Part shown: piece by piece, positions 20,881 through 29,678 of the stretch
How the letters are laid out: each line of letters starts with the position of its first letter
Position numbering within the stretch: position 1 is the stretch's first letter
The notes under the pieces: model-generated
What the model saw: only the letters and a program-made list of their open reading frames with translations
The model's database searches: none
What the model was told of the DNA's origin: nothing
Assembly: GCA_963828465.1 (NCBI GenBank)
Contig: CAWHEU010000022.1
Location: forward strand, 448,001-512,000
Direction: 5' to 3'
From: an uncultured Acidobacteriota bacterium
GTDB lineage: Bacteria > Actinomycetota > Acidimicrobiia > Spongiisociales > ZC4RG35
Length of the DNA: 64,000 nucleotides
Made by a program: the position numbers and the translations under genes

Positions 20881-22532
20881 AGCCCGGCCAGGTGGTTGTG
20901 GACGAAGCGAATAGCAGTGGCGCCCTCCCCAACAGCCCCGGCAACCCGCTTGATGGAGCCATGCCGGACGTCGCCGGCGGCAAAGATCCCGGGCACGCTC
21001 GTCTCTAGGGGGAGAGGGTCGCGTTCGACATTCCACCCCTTCAACGGCCCGAGATCTTCCCCGGTGAGGATGAAGCCCCGCTCGTCGAGTTGGACGACGT
21101 CGGCCAGCCAGTCGGTGTGTGCCGTCTGCCCGATGAAGATGAAGATCGCCCCGGCGTCGACTGGCTCCTCTTTCTCCGTCTTCCGGTTTCGCAGTACCAG
21201 ACCGGTCAGGTGAGTGTCTCCCGTGGCCGACACGACCTGGGTGTTGGGACGGACATGGACCGCCGGGTTGGCTTCGATGTTGTCGATCAGGTACTTCGAC
21301 ATCGTGGCGGTGAGGTCGTCGTCCCTGATCATGATCGTGACCGAGTCCGTGAACCTGGACAAGAACAGCGCCGCCTGGCCTGCTGAGTTCCCCCCGCCCA
21401 CGACATACATCGGCTGGTCCTTGTGATTGGCGGCCTCGATGTTGGAGGTCCCGTAGTAGACGCCGGCGCCGAGGAGTGGCTCCAGGCCTTCGGCGGTCAG
21501 TGTCCGGTAGGAGACTCCGGAGGCGACCACCATCGCCTTGCAGGTCACCGTCGTCCCGTCGGCCAGATGGACCACGATGAACGGGTCCTTCCTGGTCAGC
21601 TTTGTGACGGTTCCGGGGACGAGGATCTCAGCTCCAAGACGCTCGGCCTGGGCAGTGGCCCGGCGGGCGAGATCGCTCCCGCTGAGGCCTTTGGGGAAGC
21701 CCAGATAGTTCTCGATGAGAGAGCTCTGCCCGGCCTGGCCCCCGGGAGCCTCTTCCTCGATGAGAAGGGTGCTGAGGCCTTCCGATGCCGCGTACACGGC
21801 GGCGGCAAGCCCGGCGGGCCCTCCGCCGATGATGACCACGTCGTACACCTCCGAGGTGGCATGAGTTTTCAGGCCGACCCGGTCGGCGATCTGAGAGGGC
21901 GTTGGTTTGAAGAGTGGCGGGCCGTCACCGAACAGAACGATGGGGAGATCGGTCATAGTTGCCCCGGCCTCTTCGGTCAGGACCCACGCCTGTGGGTCCT
22001 GCTCGATGTCAAGCGATCGGTAGGGGATTTGGTTGCGAGCCAGGAAGGCCTTGAGATCGTGGGCGGCGCGGGACCATTGCTGTCCGATGACCCTGATCCC
22101 TTCGAACCGTGGCCGGTAGGCCGCCATCCAGTCCTCGAGGAGGTCATCGAGGATCGGATAGAGCTTCTCCTCGGGAGGATCCCACGGCTTCATGATGTAG
22201 TGATCGAGGCCAACGTCGTTGATGGCCTGGATGGCGGCCTCCGTGTCGGCATACGCAGTGAGCAGTGCTCGCTTGGCGGACGGATGGAGCTCGAGGGTTT
22301 CCCGGAGCACATCGATCCCGGTAACGCCGGGCATTCGCTGATCGACGAGCATCAGGGCGACCGGTGTGTCCTGTAATGCGAGGGAGCGGAGTGTGTCGAT
22401 CGCCTCCTGCCCACCACTGGCCCAGACGATCCGGTAGTCCGATGCATATCGGGATCGAAGATCGCGTTGCACCGCCTGGACGACTTCGGGCTCGTCGTCG
22501 ACCGCGATGATGACCGGTTTGACCTCGGTCAC
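20877..22532 (-). CDS. Response-regulator receiver fused to thioredoxin-reductase-like FAD oxidoreductase
   Basis: REC domain (VDDE, DQRMP, LTAY, KPW) followed by GGGPAG, IENYLGFP, GGGNSA, AAGDV. Confidence 0.9.
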   Translation of the reverse strand: MTEVKPVIIAVDDEPEVVQAVQRDLRSRYASDYRIVWASGGQEAIDTLRSLALQDTPVALMLVDQRMPGVTGIDVLRETLELHPSAKRALLTAYADTEAAIQAINDVGLDHYIMKPWDPPEEKLYPILDDLLEDWMAAYRPRFEGIRVIGQQWSRAAHDLKAFLARNQIPYRSLDIEQDPQAWVLTEEAGATMTDLPIVLFGDGPPLFKPTPSQIADRVGLKTHATSEVYDVVIIGGGPAGLAAAVYAASEGLSTLLIEEEAPGGQAGQSSLIENYLGFPKGLSGSDLARRATAQAERLGAEILVPGTVTKLTRKDPFIVVHLADGTTVTCKAMVVASGVSYRTLTAEGLEPLLGAGVYYGTSNIEAANHKDQPMYVVGGGNSAGQAALFLSRFTDSVTIMIRDDDLTATMSKYLIDNIEANPAVHVRPNTQVVSATGDTHLTGLVLRNRKTEKEEPVDAGAIFIFIGQTAHTDWLADVVQLDERGFILTGEDLGPLKGWNVERDPLPLETSVPGIFAAGDVRHGSIKRVAGAVGEGATAIRFVHNHLAGL

Positions 22533-22789
22533 CGTGCCACCACCGCGTCGGGGAAGCAGTATTTCCAGGTCTCGCCAGGCTCCACCGAGCGTATCAGCGG
22601 GTGTCCCTCACGCTCCCAGTGTTTTCGGGCATGACGGTTCCTGGAGGCGTCACAGCATCCGACCCTGCCGCAGGAGAGGCAAGCCCGGAGATGGACCCAT
22701 GTATCGCCCATCTCGACACAGGATTCGCACACCTCGCCCGTCGGCTCGACCGGCACCAGGTCGATGAAGTGCTCGCAAGGCGCATTCAT
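22529..22789 (-). CDS. UBP-type zinc finger protein
   Basis: CEH...CESC...WVHLRACLSCGRVGCCD.S.NRHARKH...HP. Confidence 0.88.
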   Translation of the reverse strand: MNAPCEHFIDLVPVEPTGEVCESCVEMGDTWVHLRACLSCGRVGCCDASRNRHARKHWEREGHPLIRSVEPGETWKYCFPDAVVAR

Positions 22790-22903
22790 TTCCGTTGTCT
22801 ACCTCCCAAGCCCGAAGTTAGCGAGAACGGACGCCGCACCCATTCTGGCGCGGAGATCCGACCCTATAGGGTCGGATCTCCGAACCAACACTCGATCAGT
22901 CGG

Positions 22904-23761
22904 TCAGGTGGCGGCGATGGCTTGTTTGAGGGCGCGGGCCACGAACACCTTGGCCAGATGGGTCTTGTACTCCTCCGAGCCGTAGAGGTCTTCGAGAACC
23001 GTGACGCCTTCGAGGGCATGCTCGGCGGCAGCCTTGACTGCCTCGTCGGATCCGTCGGTTCCGACGATGGCATTGACTACTCCGAGGGCGAGTGTGGGCT
23101 TCGTGCCCACACCGGTGAGACCGACACGGGCGTCCTCCACCGTGCCGTTGCTCTTCTTGACCCAGGCGGCGGCGCCGGCGACCGCATAGTCGCTGTGACC
23201 GCCTCGTCTGCCCAGCTTGTCATAGGCGGATGCCTCGCCGGGACCCATCTTGGGGAGCTGGATCTCGACCAGGATCTCGTCCGGCTCCAATGCGGAGGTC
23301 AATGCGTCGACGCAGAACTCGGACGCCTGTATCTCTCTCGTGCCTGAGGAGGAACGGGCGATCATCGTCCCACCGAGGGCGATCACCGCCGCCGGTTGAT
23401 CAGCCGCCACGTCCGAGTGGGCTAGTGAACCGCAGGTCGTGCCGCGATTGCGCACTTGGACGTCACCGGTGAGCGAGGCCGCAGTGGCCAGTGCCGAGGC
23501 ATGGGTGGCGATGAGCGGGTCCGAGGCCGTGGTGCCGTGACGGACCAGAGCCGGGACCGATATGTAGTCGCCCTCGTCGCTGACCGCGTCGAGACCAGGA
23601 ATGCGCCCGATGTCGACGACAACAGCCGGGGAGAAGAGCCGGGTCTTCATCAGCGGGATGAGGCTCATCCCACCCGCCATCACCTTCGAGCCGTCGCCCA
23701 GTGCTCCCAGCGCCTCGTCGAGCGAGGAGGGTGCCACGTATTCGAATTGTCTCGGGTACAT
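22904..23761 (-). CDS. Molybdenum hydroxylase FAD subunit (CoxM/CutM-like)
   Basis: AGGMSLIPLMK, QVRNRGT..GS.AH, SEEYK.HLA. Confidence 0.9.
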   Translation of the reverse strand: MYPRQFEYVAPSSLDEALGALGDGSKVMAGGMSLIPLMKTRLFSPAVVVDIGRIPGLDAVSDEGDYISVPALVRHGTTASDPLIATHASALATAASLTGDVQVRNRGTTCGSLAHSDVAADQPAAVIALGGTMIARSSSGTREIQASEFCVDALTSALEPDEILVEIQLPKMGPGEASAYDKLGRRGGHSDYAVAGAAAWVKKSNGTVEDARVGLTGVGTKPTLALGVVNAIVGTDGSDEAVKAAAEHALEGVTVLEDLYGSEEYKTHLAKVFVARALKQAIAAT

Positions 23762-23762
23762 G

Positions 23763-26138
23763 TCAGGCCCTCGCTTCCTGCATCGCCTGCCAGACCTTTT
23801 TCGGTCTGACCGGCATGTCGACGTGTTTCACGCCCATCGGAGTGAGGGCGTCCACGACCGCGTTGACGATGGTATGGGCTGAGCCGATGGTGCCCGCCTC
23901 ACCGATCCCCTTCACCCCCATCGGATTGATCGGTGTCGGAGTCACCGTGCGGCTGAGGTCGAAGGAGGGGAGGTCGGTTGCTGTCGGCAACGGATAGTCG
24001 AGAAGCGAACCGGTCAGCATGTTGCCATCCGCGTCATAGATCGCTTCTTCGAACATTGCCTGCCCTATCCCCTGGGCGATACCGCCGTGGATCTGCCCAT
24101 TGACGATCATCGGGTTGATCACCTCGCCGCAGTCATCGACGCCGTGGTACTCCAGGAGTTCGACGTTGCCGGTGTCCGGGTCCACCTCTACCAGGGCAAG
24201 GTGTGTCCCGAAGGGCCAGGTGGCGTTGCCGGGACTGAAGGACGTGTGCGCCTCGAGCCCGCCGTCGACGTCATCAGGGCTGGTGTGAGACTGGTACGCC
24301 GCCTTCGCTATCGCAGCCCAGTCGACACTCTTGTCCGGTGACCCGGCTACATGGGCGCCGCCGTCGACGAACACCATGTCCTCGGCCGAAGCCTCGAGGA
24401 GATGAGCGGCGATCTTGGCCGCCTTCGCCTTGACCACCTTGGTCGCCTCGAACGTTGCGGCCCCGTCCACGGCGATGGAGCGGCTACCGAAGGTGCCGAT
24501 GCCCATCGGATGCTCCCGGGTGTCGCCGTGCAGAACCCTGATGTCCTCCACTGGGATCCCGAGGCCGTCGCCGACGATCTGAGCCCAGGTCGTCTCATGG
24601 CCTTGCCCCGTGGGCCCGGTGCCGATGACCACGGTGACTGTCGCATCCGGATTGACACGGACCAGCCCGGAGCCGTTGAAGGATGCCGGGAGCCCGTAAT
24701 TGCTCCAGGAGAACCCGATATCGGCCAGCACGGCAGGGCCGAATCCGCAGACCTCGACGTAGGAGCCCACTCCGACCCCGACGAGTCGGCCCTCGGCGCG
24801 GGCTTCTTCCTGTCTCTTTCTCATGCCTGCGTAGTCGGACTGGGCGATCAACTTGTCGACGGCTGCCTCGTAGTTGCCAGAGTCGAGGGCGAAGCCGCAA
24901 CCCATGACCGCGGGAAACTCGTCGGGCTGCCAGAAGTTCTTCTTCCGAACCTCGAACGGGTCCATGCCGATCTCGTGGGCAAAGGCGTCGATGATCCGTT
25001 CCAGGTAGTAGATCGCCTCCGGCCGGCCGGCGCCGCGATAGGCGTCGGTGGTCATGGTGTTGGTGACAACGCAAGCGACCGTCCACGAGACGGGCATCTT
25101 GTACTGACCCGACCCGATCCAAAGTCCCAGCAGCGGGATGGCCACGGTGAAGTTCTGGGTGTAGGCGCCCATATCGGCGATTGCATCGAGCTTGTACCCG
25201 AGAAATTCGCCATCCTTGGTTCCGACCAGAGTGGCGGTGCCAAGCCAGCCCCGACCGTGGATGGTCGACCCGGATGCCTCCCGGCGGGTCTCGGTCCACT
25301 TCACGGGGCGTCCCAGCTCTTTGGCTGCGAACGCGGCCAGGATCTCGTCGTTGTAGACGTTCAGCTTGGAGCCGAACCCGCCTCCGACCTCGGGGGCGAT
25401 CACCCTCACCGCAGTGGTCTTCATCCCGAAGGTCGTAGCGATCGCTCCTCCGAGGGCGTGAGGGACCTGAGTCGAGCTGAAGACAGTGAACTGCCCGTAA
25501 CCCTTGTTGTACTCGGCCATAACGGAACGAGGCTCGATGGCGACGGGGATGAGACGCTGGTTGATCATCTCCAGGCTGACGACAACCGCATCCTCCCGTT
25601 CCATGGCGGCGTCGACCTGTGGCGTCTGGTCCTCGAGACCGAGCGCCTCCCAATAGCCGTGATAGGTCCAGGTGTGGATGACGTTCGAGTCGAGCTCGTC
25701 GTGGACCTTCACCTCGTCTGATGCCGCCTTCTTCAGGTCGATGACAGGGGGCAGCACGTCGTAATCGACCTCGACTGCGTCAGCTGCGTCCTGCGCCGAG
25801 TAGCGATCTTCGGCGACCACCATTGCCACAGCCTCGCCGACATGGTTGACCTCACCTGCGGCGAGCAGGGGGCGGAGCTTCCCGATCGGCACCTGCGCCA
25901 CCAGCGGGCCGAGATGAGCCACGTCGTCGTGGGTGTAGATAGCCACGACCCCTGGCATGGCCTTAGCTGCCGAGGTGTCGAGCGAAGTGATCTTCGCTCG
26001 GGCCACTGGAGATCTGACGAACGCGACCTGGACCATGCCCGTGCGAGTCAGATCGTCCACGTACTCCCCGTAGCCCTGGATGAGGGCTGGGTCCTCACGC
26101 CGACGCACGGCCCCGCCCATCACACTCGTGGTAGCCAT
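23763..26138 (-). CDS. Molybdopterin large subunit, form II CoxL-like (xanthine dehydrogenase family)
   Basis: GGGFGSK, AYRGAGRPE active-site loop, GTFGSRS, QIHGGIAQGIG, KGIGE. Confidence 0.9.
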   Translation of the reverse strand: MATTSVMGGAVRRREDPALIQGYGEYVDDLTRTGMVQVAFVRSPVARAKITSLDTSAAKAMPGVVAIYTHDDVAHLGPLVAQVPIGKLRPLLAAGEVNHVGEAVAMVVAEDRYSAQDAADAVEVDYDVLPPVIDLKKAASDEVKVHDELDSNVIHTWTYHGYWEALGLEDQTPQVDAAMEREDAVVVSLEMINQRLIPVAIEPRSVMAEYNKGYGQFTVFSSTQVPHALGGAIATTFGMKTTAVRVIAPEVGGGFGSKLNVYNDEILAAFAAKELGRPVKWTETRREASGSTIHGRGWLGTATLVGTKDGEFLGYKLDAIADMGAYTQNFTVAIPLLGLWIGSGQYKMPVSWTVACVVTNTMTTDAYRGAGRPEAIYYLERIIDAFAHEIGMDPFEVRKKNFWQPDEFPAVMGCGFALDSGNYEAAVDKLIAQSDYAGMRKRQEEARAEGRLVGVGVGSYVEVCGFGPAVLADIGFSWSNYGLPASFNGSGLVRVNPDATVTVVIGTGPTGQGHETTWAQIVGDGLGIPVEDIRVLHGDTREHPMGIGTFGSRSIAVDGAATFEATKVVKAKAAKIAAHLLEASAEDMVFVDGGAHVAGSPDKSVDWAAIAKAAYQSHTSPDDVDGGLEAHTSFSPGNATWPFGTHLALVEVDPDTGNVELLEYHGVDDCGEVINPMIVNGQIHGGIAQGIGQAMFEEAIYDADGNMLTGSLLDYPLPTATDLPSFDLSRTVTPTPINPMGVKGIGEAGTIGSAHTIVNAVVDALTPMGVKHVDMPVRPKKVWQAMQEARA

Positions 26139-26638
26139 CAGTGAGCCTCCTCCCAATCCGGAGCCGCCGGCTCCTCACCCCTCATCTTGGCCCCGGCGTA
26201 TTCCACGGCGCGGACGATGTTGTGATAACCGGTGCAGCGACACAGGTTCCCCTCGATCCCGTGCCGGATCTCGTCCTCAGACGGGTTCGAATTCTCGGCG
26301 AGGAGGGCCGCCGCTGACATGATCATCCCCGGGGTGCAGTAGCCGCATTGGAGGCCGTGGCGTTCCCAGAAACCCTCCTGAACGGGATGAAGCTCGCCGT
26401 TGCTGGCGAGCCCCTCGATGGTCATGACTTCGGCCCCATCGGCCTGAACGGCAAACATCGTGCATGACTTCACGGCTTTGCCGTCGAGATGCACCGTACA
26501 AGCGCCGCAATAGCCGGTCTCGCAACCGACGTGGGTCCCGGTCAGGTTGAGATCCTCACGAATGAAATGAACCAGAAGCGTTCTCGGCTCGACCTCCCCC
26601 GACACCGATCGCCCGTTGACGGTCATGGACACATTCAT
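26138..26638 (-). CDS. [2Fe-2S] small subunit (CoxS/CutS-like)
   Basis: [28 protein letters not shown]. Confidence 0.93.
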   Translation of the reverse strand: MNVSMTVNGRSVSGEVEPRTLLVHFIREDLNLTGTHVGCETGYCGACTVHLDGKAVKSCTMFAVQADGAEVMTIEGLASNGELHPVQEGFWERHGLQCGYCTPGMIMSAAALLAENSNPSEDEIRHGIEGNLCRCTGYHNIVRAVEYAGAKMRGEEPAAPDWEEAH

Positions 26639-26981
26639 GGAGGCCCCTTTCGGTACGACGCCGGAACGCGGCGAAACATATCAAACGGCGTTGGCTCGTG
26701 AAGCCCAGAATGGCCAGGAGGTCAGATGGAGGAGCCCAGGGCGAGACGGTTCCTCTCTCCAACCTCCGTCGCCGCATCGAAATCGGTCACGAGACGGGTG
26801 GCGTAGGTCGCCTTGGTGTTGCCGGCCTGGTCGGACGGGTAGACACCGACCTGGGCTGTGCCGGTGTCATAGAAGATCTGGGGCGAGCCAACCTACAGGC
26901 GGCTAGCCAACGTGTGCCGGTGGCCCGGTCGCGTGGCTGCCACGGGAACTCCGCTCCGGCCCAGGTAACCTGTGGCATCCC

Positions 26982-27056
26982 GGGCCCGTAGCTCAATCCG
27001 GTCAGAGCAGCGGACTCATAATCCGTTGGTTGCAGGTTCAAGTCCTGCCGGGCCCA
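26982..27056 (+). tRNA. tRNA-Ile2 (anticodon CAT); CCA not encoded
   Basis: GGGCCCG/CGGGCCC acceptor stem, TAGCTCA D-arm, gcgga-CTCATAA-tccgt anticodon arm, GGTTCAAGTCC T-arm. Confidence 0.9.
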
Positions 27057-27060
27057 CAAG

Positions 27061-27086
27061 AAAGCCCAGGGATTACTTGGGGTTTT
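27061..27086 (+). terminator. Intrinsic terminator after tRNA-Ile2
   Basis: aaagcccagg / cttggggtttt hairpin ending in a T run. Confidence 0.55.
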
Positions 27087-27210
27087 CGCTTGCTCTCATC
27101 GCCTCGAACAGGCGTTTGCGGGGCGATTTCCCCGAGGCCACCGCCATGGCACCATCGAGCTTGGCGGCCAGCTCCTGATCGCGGTGGGGAAGATTGTGTC
27201 CGTAGATCTT
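27073..27210 (-). pseudogene. C-terminal stub of a tyrosine integrase
   Basis: Manual translation KIYGHNLPHRDQELAAKLDGAM...* resembles the YxH.LP..D..LA..LD integrase tail; points toward the tRNA; no upstream domains. Confidence 0.6.
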
Positions 27211-27271
27211 GGCTCCGCGGACGGGGGTATCGCCATGGGTGAACCTCACCTGAATACGTGGTCTGGTTCAG

Positions 27272-27318
27272 CATGAAGCCCCGACAGGGTCGTCGGCCAA
27301 ACCCGTCGGGGCTTCATG
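27272..27318. repeat. 14-bp perfect inverted repeat (long hairpin)
   Basis: catgaagccccgac ... gtcggggcttcatg, with an inner gggt/accc pair. Confidence 0.8.
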
Positions 27319-27705
27319 TGGGGGAAGATCGATCCGAGCCCCTGGGATACGAGCTCTATCTCCCAGCCCAGTGTCGCCCCCGGAGCCGGTGGCGCTTTTC
27401 GGTTAAGTAATCGCTGAATGGGAGCCGAGGGATACGCGCGTCGGGCAGCAAATCGGTGAACGATCTCGGTCTGAACCTGTCACAGCCACCGCCTAGCTTC
27501 CGGTGTCCTGTGTTCCCGGTCACCCAGAAATGTGTACCTGCTCGAAGCGTGCGGCTCCTGGCCGCTCAGCCCCGAAGTCCTCACCCAAAATTCAGGCGAT
27601 GCCGGAATGGGAGCAGGCATGCCGGCCCGATACCCAAAGGGGATCGTTCACTGCTGACCTCAAATTCTGTTTAGCCGTCAACGCAGCCGGGTAAGCGTAT
27701 ATCAA

Positions 27706-27893
27706 GGAAAGGCCAACGGACCTTCGGGTTTGTTGGTCTTTCCCCTTTCTCGGGCCCGAAATGCCCGATTCCCACCTGACGCTTTCGGGAAAGTGACAGT
27801 GGGTTGATGGGAGCCCGTGGCCGCCCCTCTCCTTCCGGCGGCTTCCCAATTCCCAGTAGGAAACCTCCCGGCCTCACCCACCGGGAGGTTTCC
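27706..27893 (+). ncRNA. Candidate structured RNA (five consecutive hairpins)
   Basis: 17-bp stem with C(UUCG)G loop and three G-U pairs (27706-27743); 13-bp perfect stem (27859-27893); three smaller stems between them. Confidence 0.45.
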
Positions 27894-27912
27894 ATGCAAC
27901 GTCCTCCTCTGT

Positions 27913-28211
27913 ATGAGGTGGCTAGTGCTCACACCTCCCGAGGCAGCACCAACCGAATGGCGGAGGATCAGGAACGCCGTCCTCATCCGAAAACAGATCA
28001 CCTGCCAGACCTGCGGACATCCGGCAACCGGCGTCGACCACATCGCCCCCGGTCCCGAGGCGGTGGTGACAACTGGAGGAACCTGGCCGCCTCATGCAAG
28101 CGTCGGCATGCGAGAAAGGTGCCCACGACCCGAACCTGCGATTACGCCGTCCTGCGTTGGGGGCTGAATCTCGACGAGCCCGGCCCGCTCCGAAGATCAG
28201 TCCTCCGCTGA
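27913..28211 (+). pseudogene. Phage-type HNH endonuclease, frameshifted
   Basis: WRRIRNAVL...CQTCGHPATGVDHIAP continues in another frame as RSRGGGDNWRNLAASCKRRHARK; shift lies in the C5 run at 28046-28050. Confidence 0.78.
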
Positions 28212-28962
28212 CAAAAGGAAGGGGCCGCAACCCCTCTCAGGACGGCCCCCTCACCCCACTCGCGAGCGAGCGACACGGACGGTACGACGGGTGAAATCAT
28301 TACCTGGACTCGACGACCGAGATCGCGAAAAATACTGAACGCAAAAGACGGCTCGATTTCCGCCCCGCCGCCCCCCGCTTGGAGCGAGGGTCTCCTTCCA
28401 TAAGGCAACTCTAAGGGCCCGGTGGTACATGTCCGATTACAGCGCGGTCCCGTTGGATGCCGTAGCAATGTGGGGGAGGGCTTACTGCCGAAATCCAATC
28501 CTGAGGGTTGGAGCGCGCAGTGAGATGGATCAGCTATATGGGAGTCGCCGTCGTCGCCTGGCGCGGTGGGATGGTCTGGCGGGGGCGGGAAGCCGAGGGC
28601 CGGGTGCGTACCTGGAAGGGCAGGTGGAGCGAGGACGACTACCAGCCCACCAACCTCCCCACCAAATCCTCGGTACACATCGAGGCTGAGGGTATGAGCC
28701 GGAACATCCCCCGCTAGGCCACAAAAGAGCCGCTTGGGGGATTTGCCGACCGGGTGGCTCGGCTGGGGACGTGCCTGGCAGATGCCGTGTCCGCGGCGCC
28801 TCTGCCGTTGCGCTCGTTCCTGAGGTCGATTCGAGGGATGACCCGCGGATACAGGCGGCCGGTCTGCTGGCTGGGATCACCCGTCGGCCGACGCGTTGCT
28901 GGATGAGCTGCGTGCGGCGTATCTTCAGACGCCCGGAACGGCTGTTGCTCTGGTTGACGATG

Positions 28963-29012
28963 AGAGCCCAGCGGCCTCATAATCCGATGGTCAGGTTCAA
29001 GTCTTGCCGGGC
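28963..29012 (+). repeat. Degenerate direct repeat of the tRNA-Ile2 3' part (att site)
   Basis: cagcggcctcataatccgatggt--caggttcaagtcttgccgggc versus tRNA cagcggactcataatccgttggttgcaggttcaagtcctgccgggc. Confidence 0.88.
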
Positions 29013-29020
29013 GCTCGCCG

Positions 29021-29551
29021 ATGTCGATTCGTCTCTTCTACGACCACTGGTCTCAGTACAACCAACGACTCATCGACGTCGTAGTCGAAATGTCTCCCGA
29101 GCAGCTTGCTCTGCGTCCCGACACAACGCGTGCCCCCGTGTGGGCGATCGTTGCTCACATTGCGGGAGCACGGGTCTACTGGTTGTGCGGTGTCCTCGGC
29201 GAGCCAGGAGCGGAAACGTCGCCATTTCCCGATCCACACGGCGATGGCTGGGAGGATGACGAGGACAAACCGCGAGATGCGCCCGAGTTGGTCACCGCGC
29301 TCGAGGCGACCTGGCAAATCGTGGACGATTGTCTCGAACGATGGACCCCGGAGATGCTGAGCGAGACATTCGAACGTATGAGGCTCGGTGCGCCGCAAAC
29401 GCATTCACGAACCTCAGTCCTTCAGCGACTTTTCAGTCACGATGCGTATCACTGCGGCGAGTTGTCACAGACGCTTGGGGTGGCCGGCCTGCGTCAGATC
29501 GACCTCTGGGGCCCGGAAGGGCTCGTCCGGGAACCTGGTCAATACGGTTAG
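29021..29551 (+). CDS. DinB family protein
   Basis: IVAHIAGARVYW and HDAYHCGELS metal-His pattern. Confidence 0.85.
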   Translation: MSIRLFYDHWSQYNQRLIDVVVEMSPEQLALRPDTTRAPVWAIVAHIAGARVYWLCGVLGEPGAETSPFPDPHGDGWEDDEDKPRDAPELVTALEATWQIVDDCLERWTPEMLSETFERMRLGAPQTHSRTSVLQRLFSHDAYHCGELSQTLGVAGLRQIDLWGPEGLVREPGQYG

Positions 29552-29678
29552 CCATCGGCTGGCAGCAAACGCCGGTTGTGACTCCACATTGAGCCAGGAT
29601 CCGGCAATCATGTCTGCAACACGTGAGGGAAAGTAGGGGGCAGCCCCTTCATGCCCGACCAAACGGGAGAAACCAGAA

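Larger units (their letters stand above)
27057..29012. mobile_element. Decayed tRNA-Ile2-integrated element (prophage/satellite relic)
   Basis: Bounded by the tRNA and a degenerate direct copy of its 3' two-thirds; contains integrase and HNH remnants; no normal-looking CDS inside. Confidence 0.8.

Noticed and set aside
22904-26638. Aerobic CO dehydrogenase
   Set aside because: AYRGAGR motif and S-L-M order indicate form II, not true CODH.
26722-26892. Protein-like minus-strand frame VGSPQIFYDTG...LGSSI*
   Set aside because: It is preceded directly by a TAG, with no start codon or recognisable motif.
26982-27056. tRNA-Met
   Set aside because: The paired G1-C72 and absence of the GGG/CCC anticodon stem exclude initiator tRNA; the overall sequence fits Ile2 better, though elongator Met is not fully excluded.
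28429-28983. Short ORFs in the right half of the relic element
   Set aside because: No recognisable motifs; probably decayed cargo.
28963-29012. Second functional tRNA
   Set aside because: It lacks the 5' acceptor strand and D-arm and carries a deletion; treated as an att scar.
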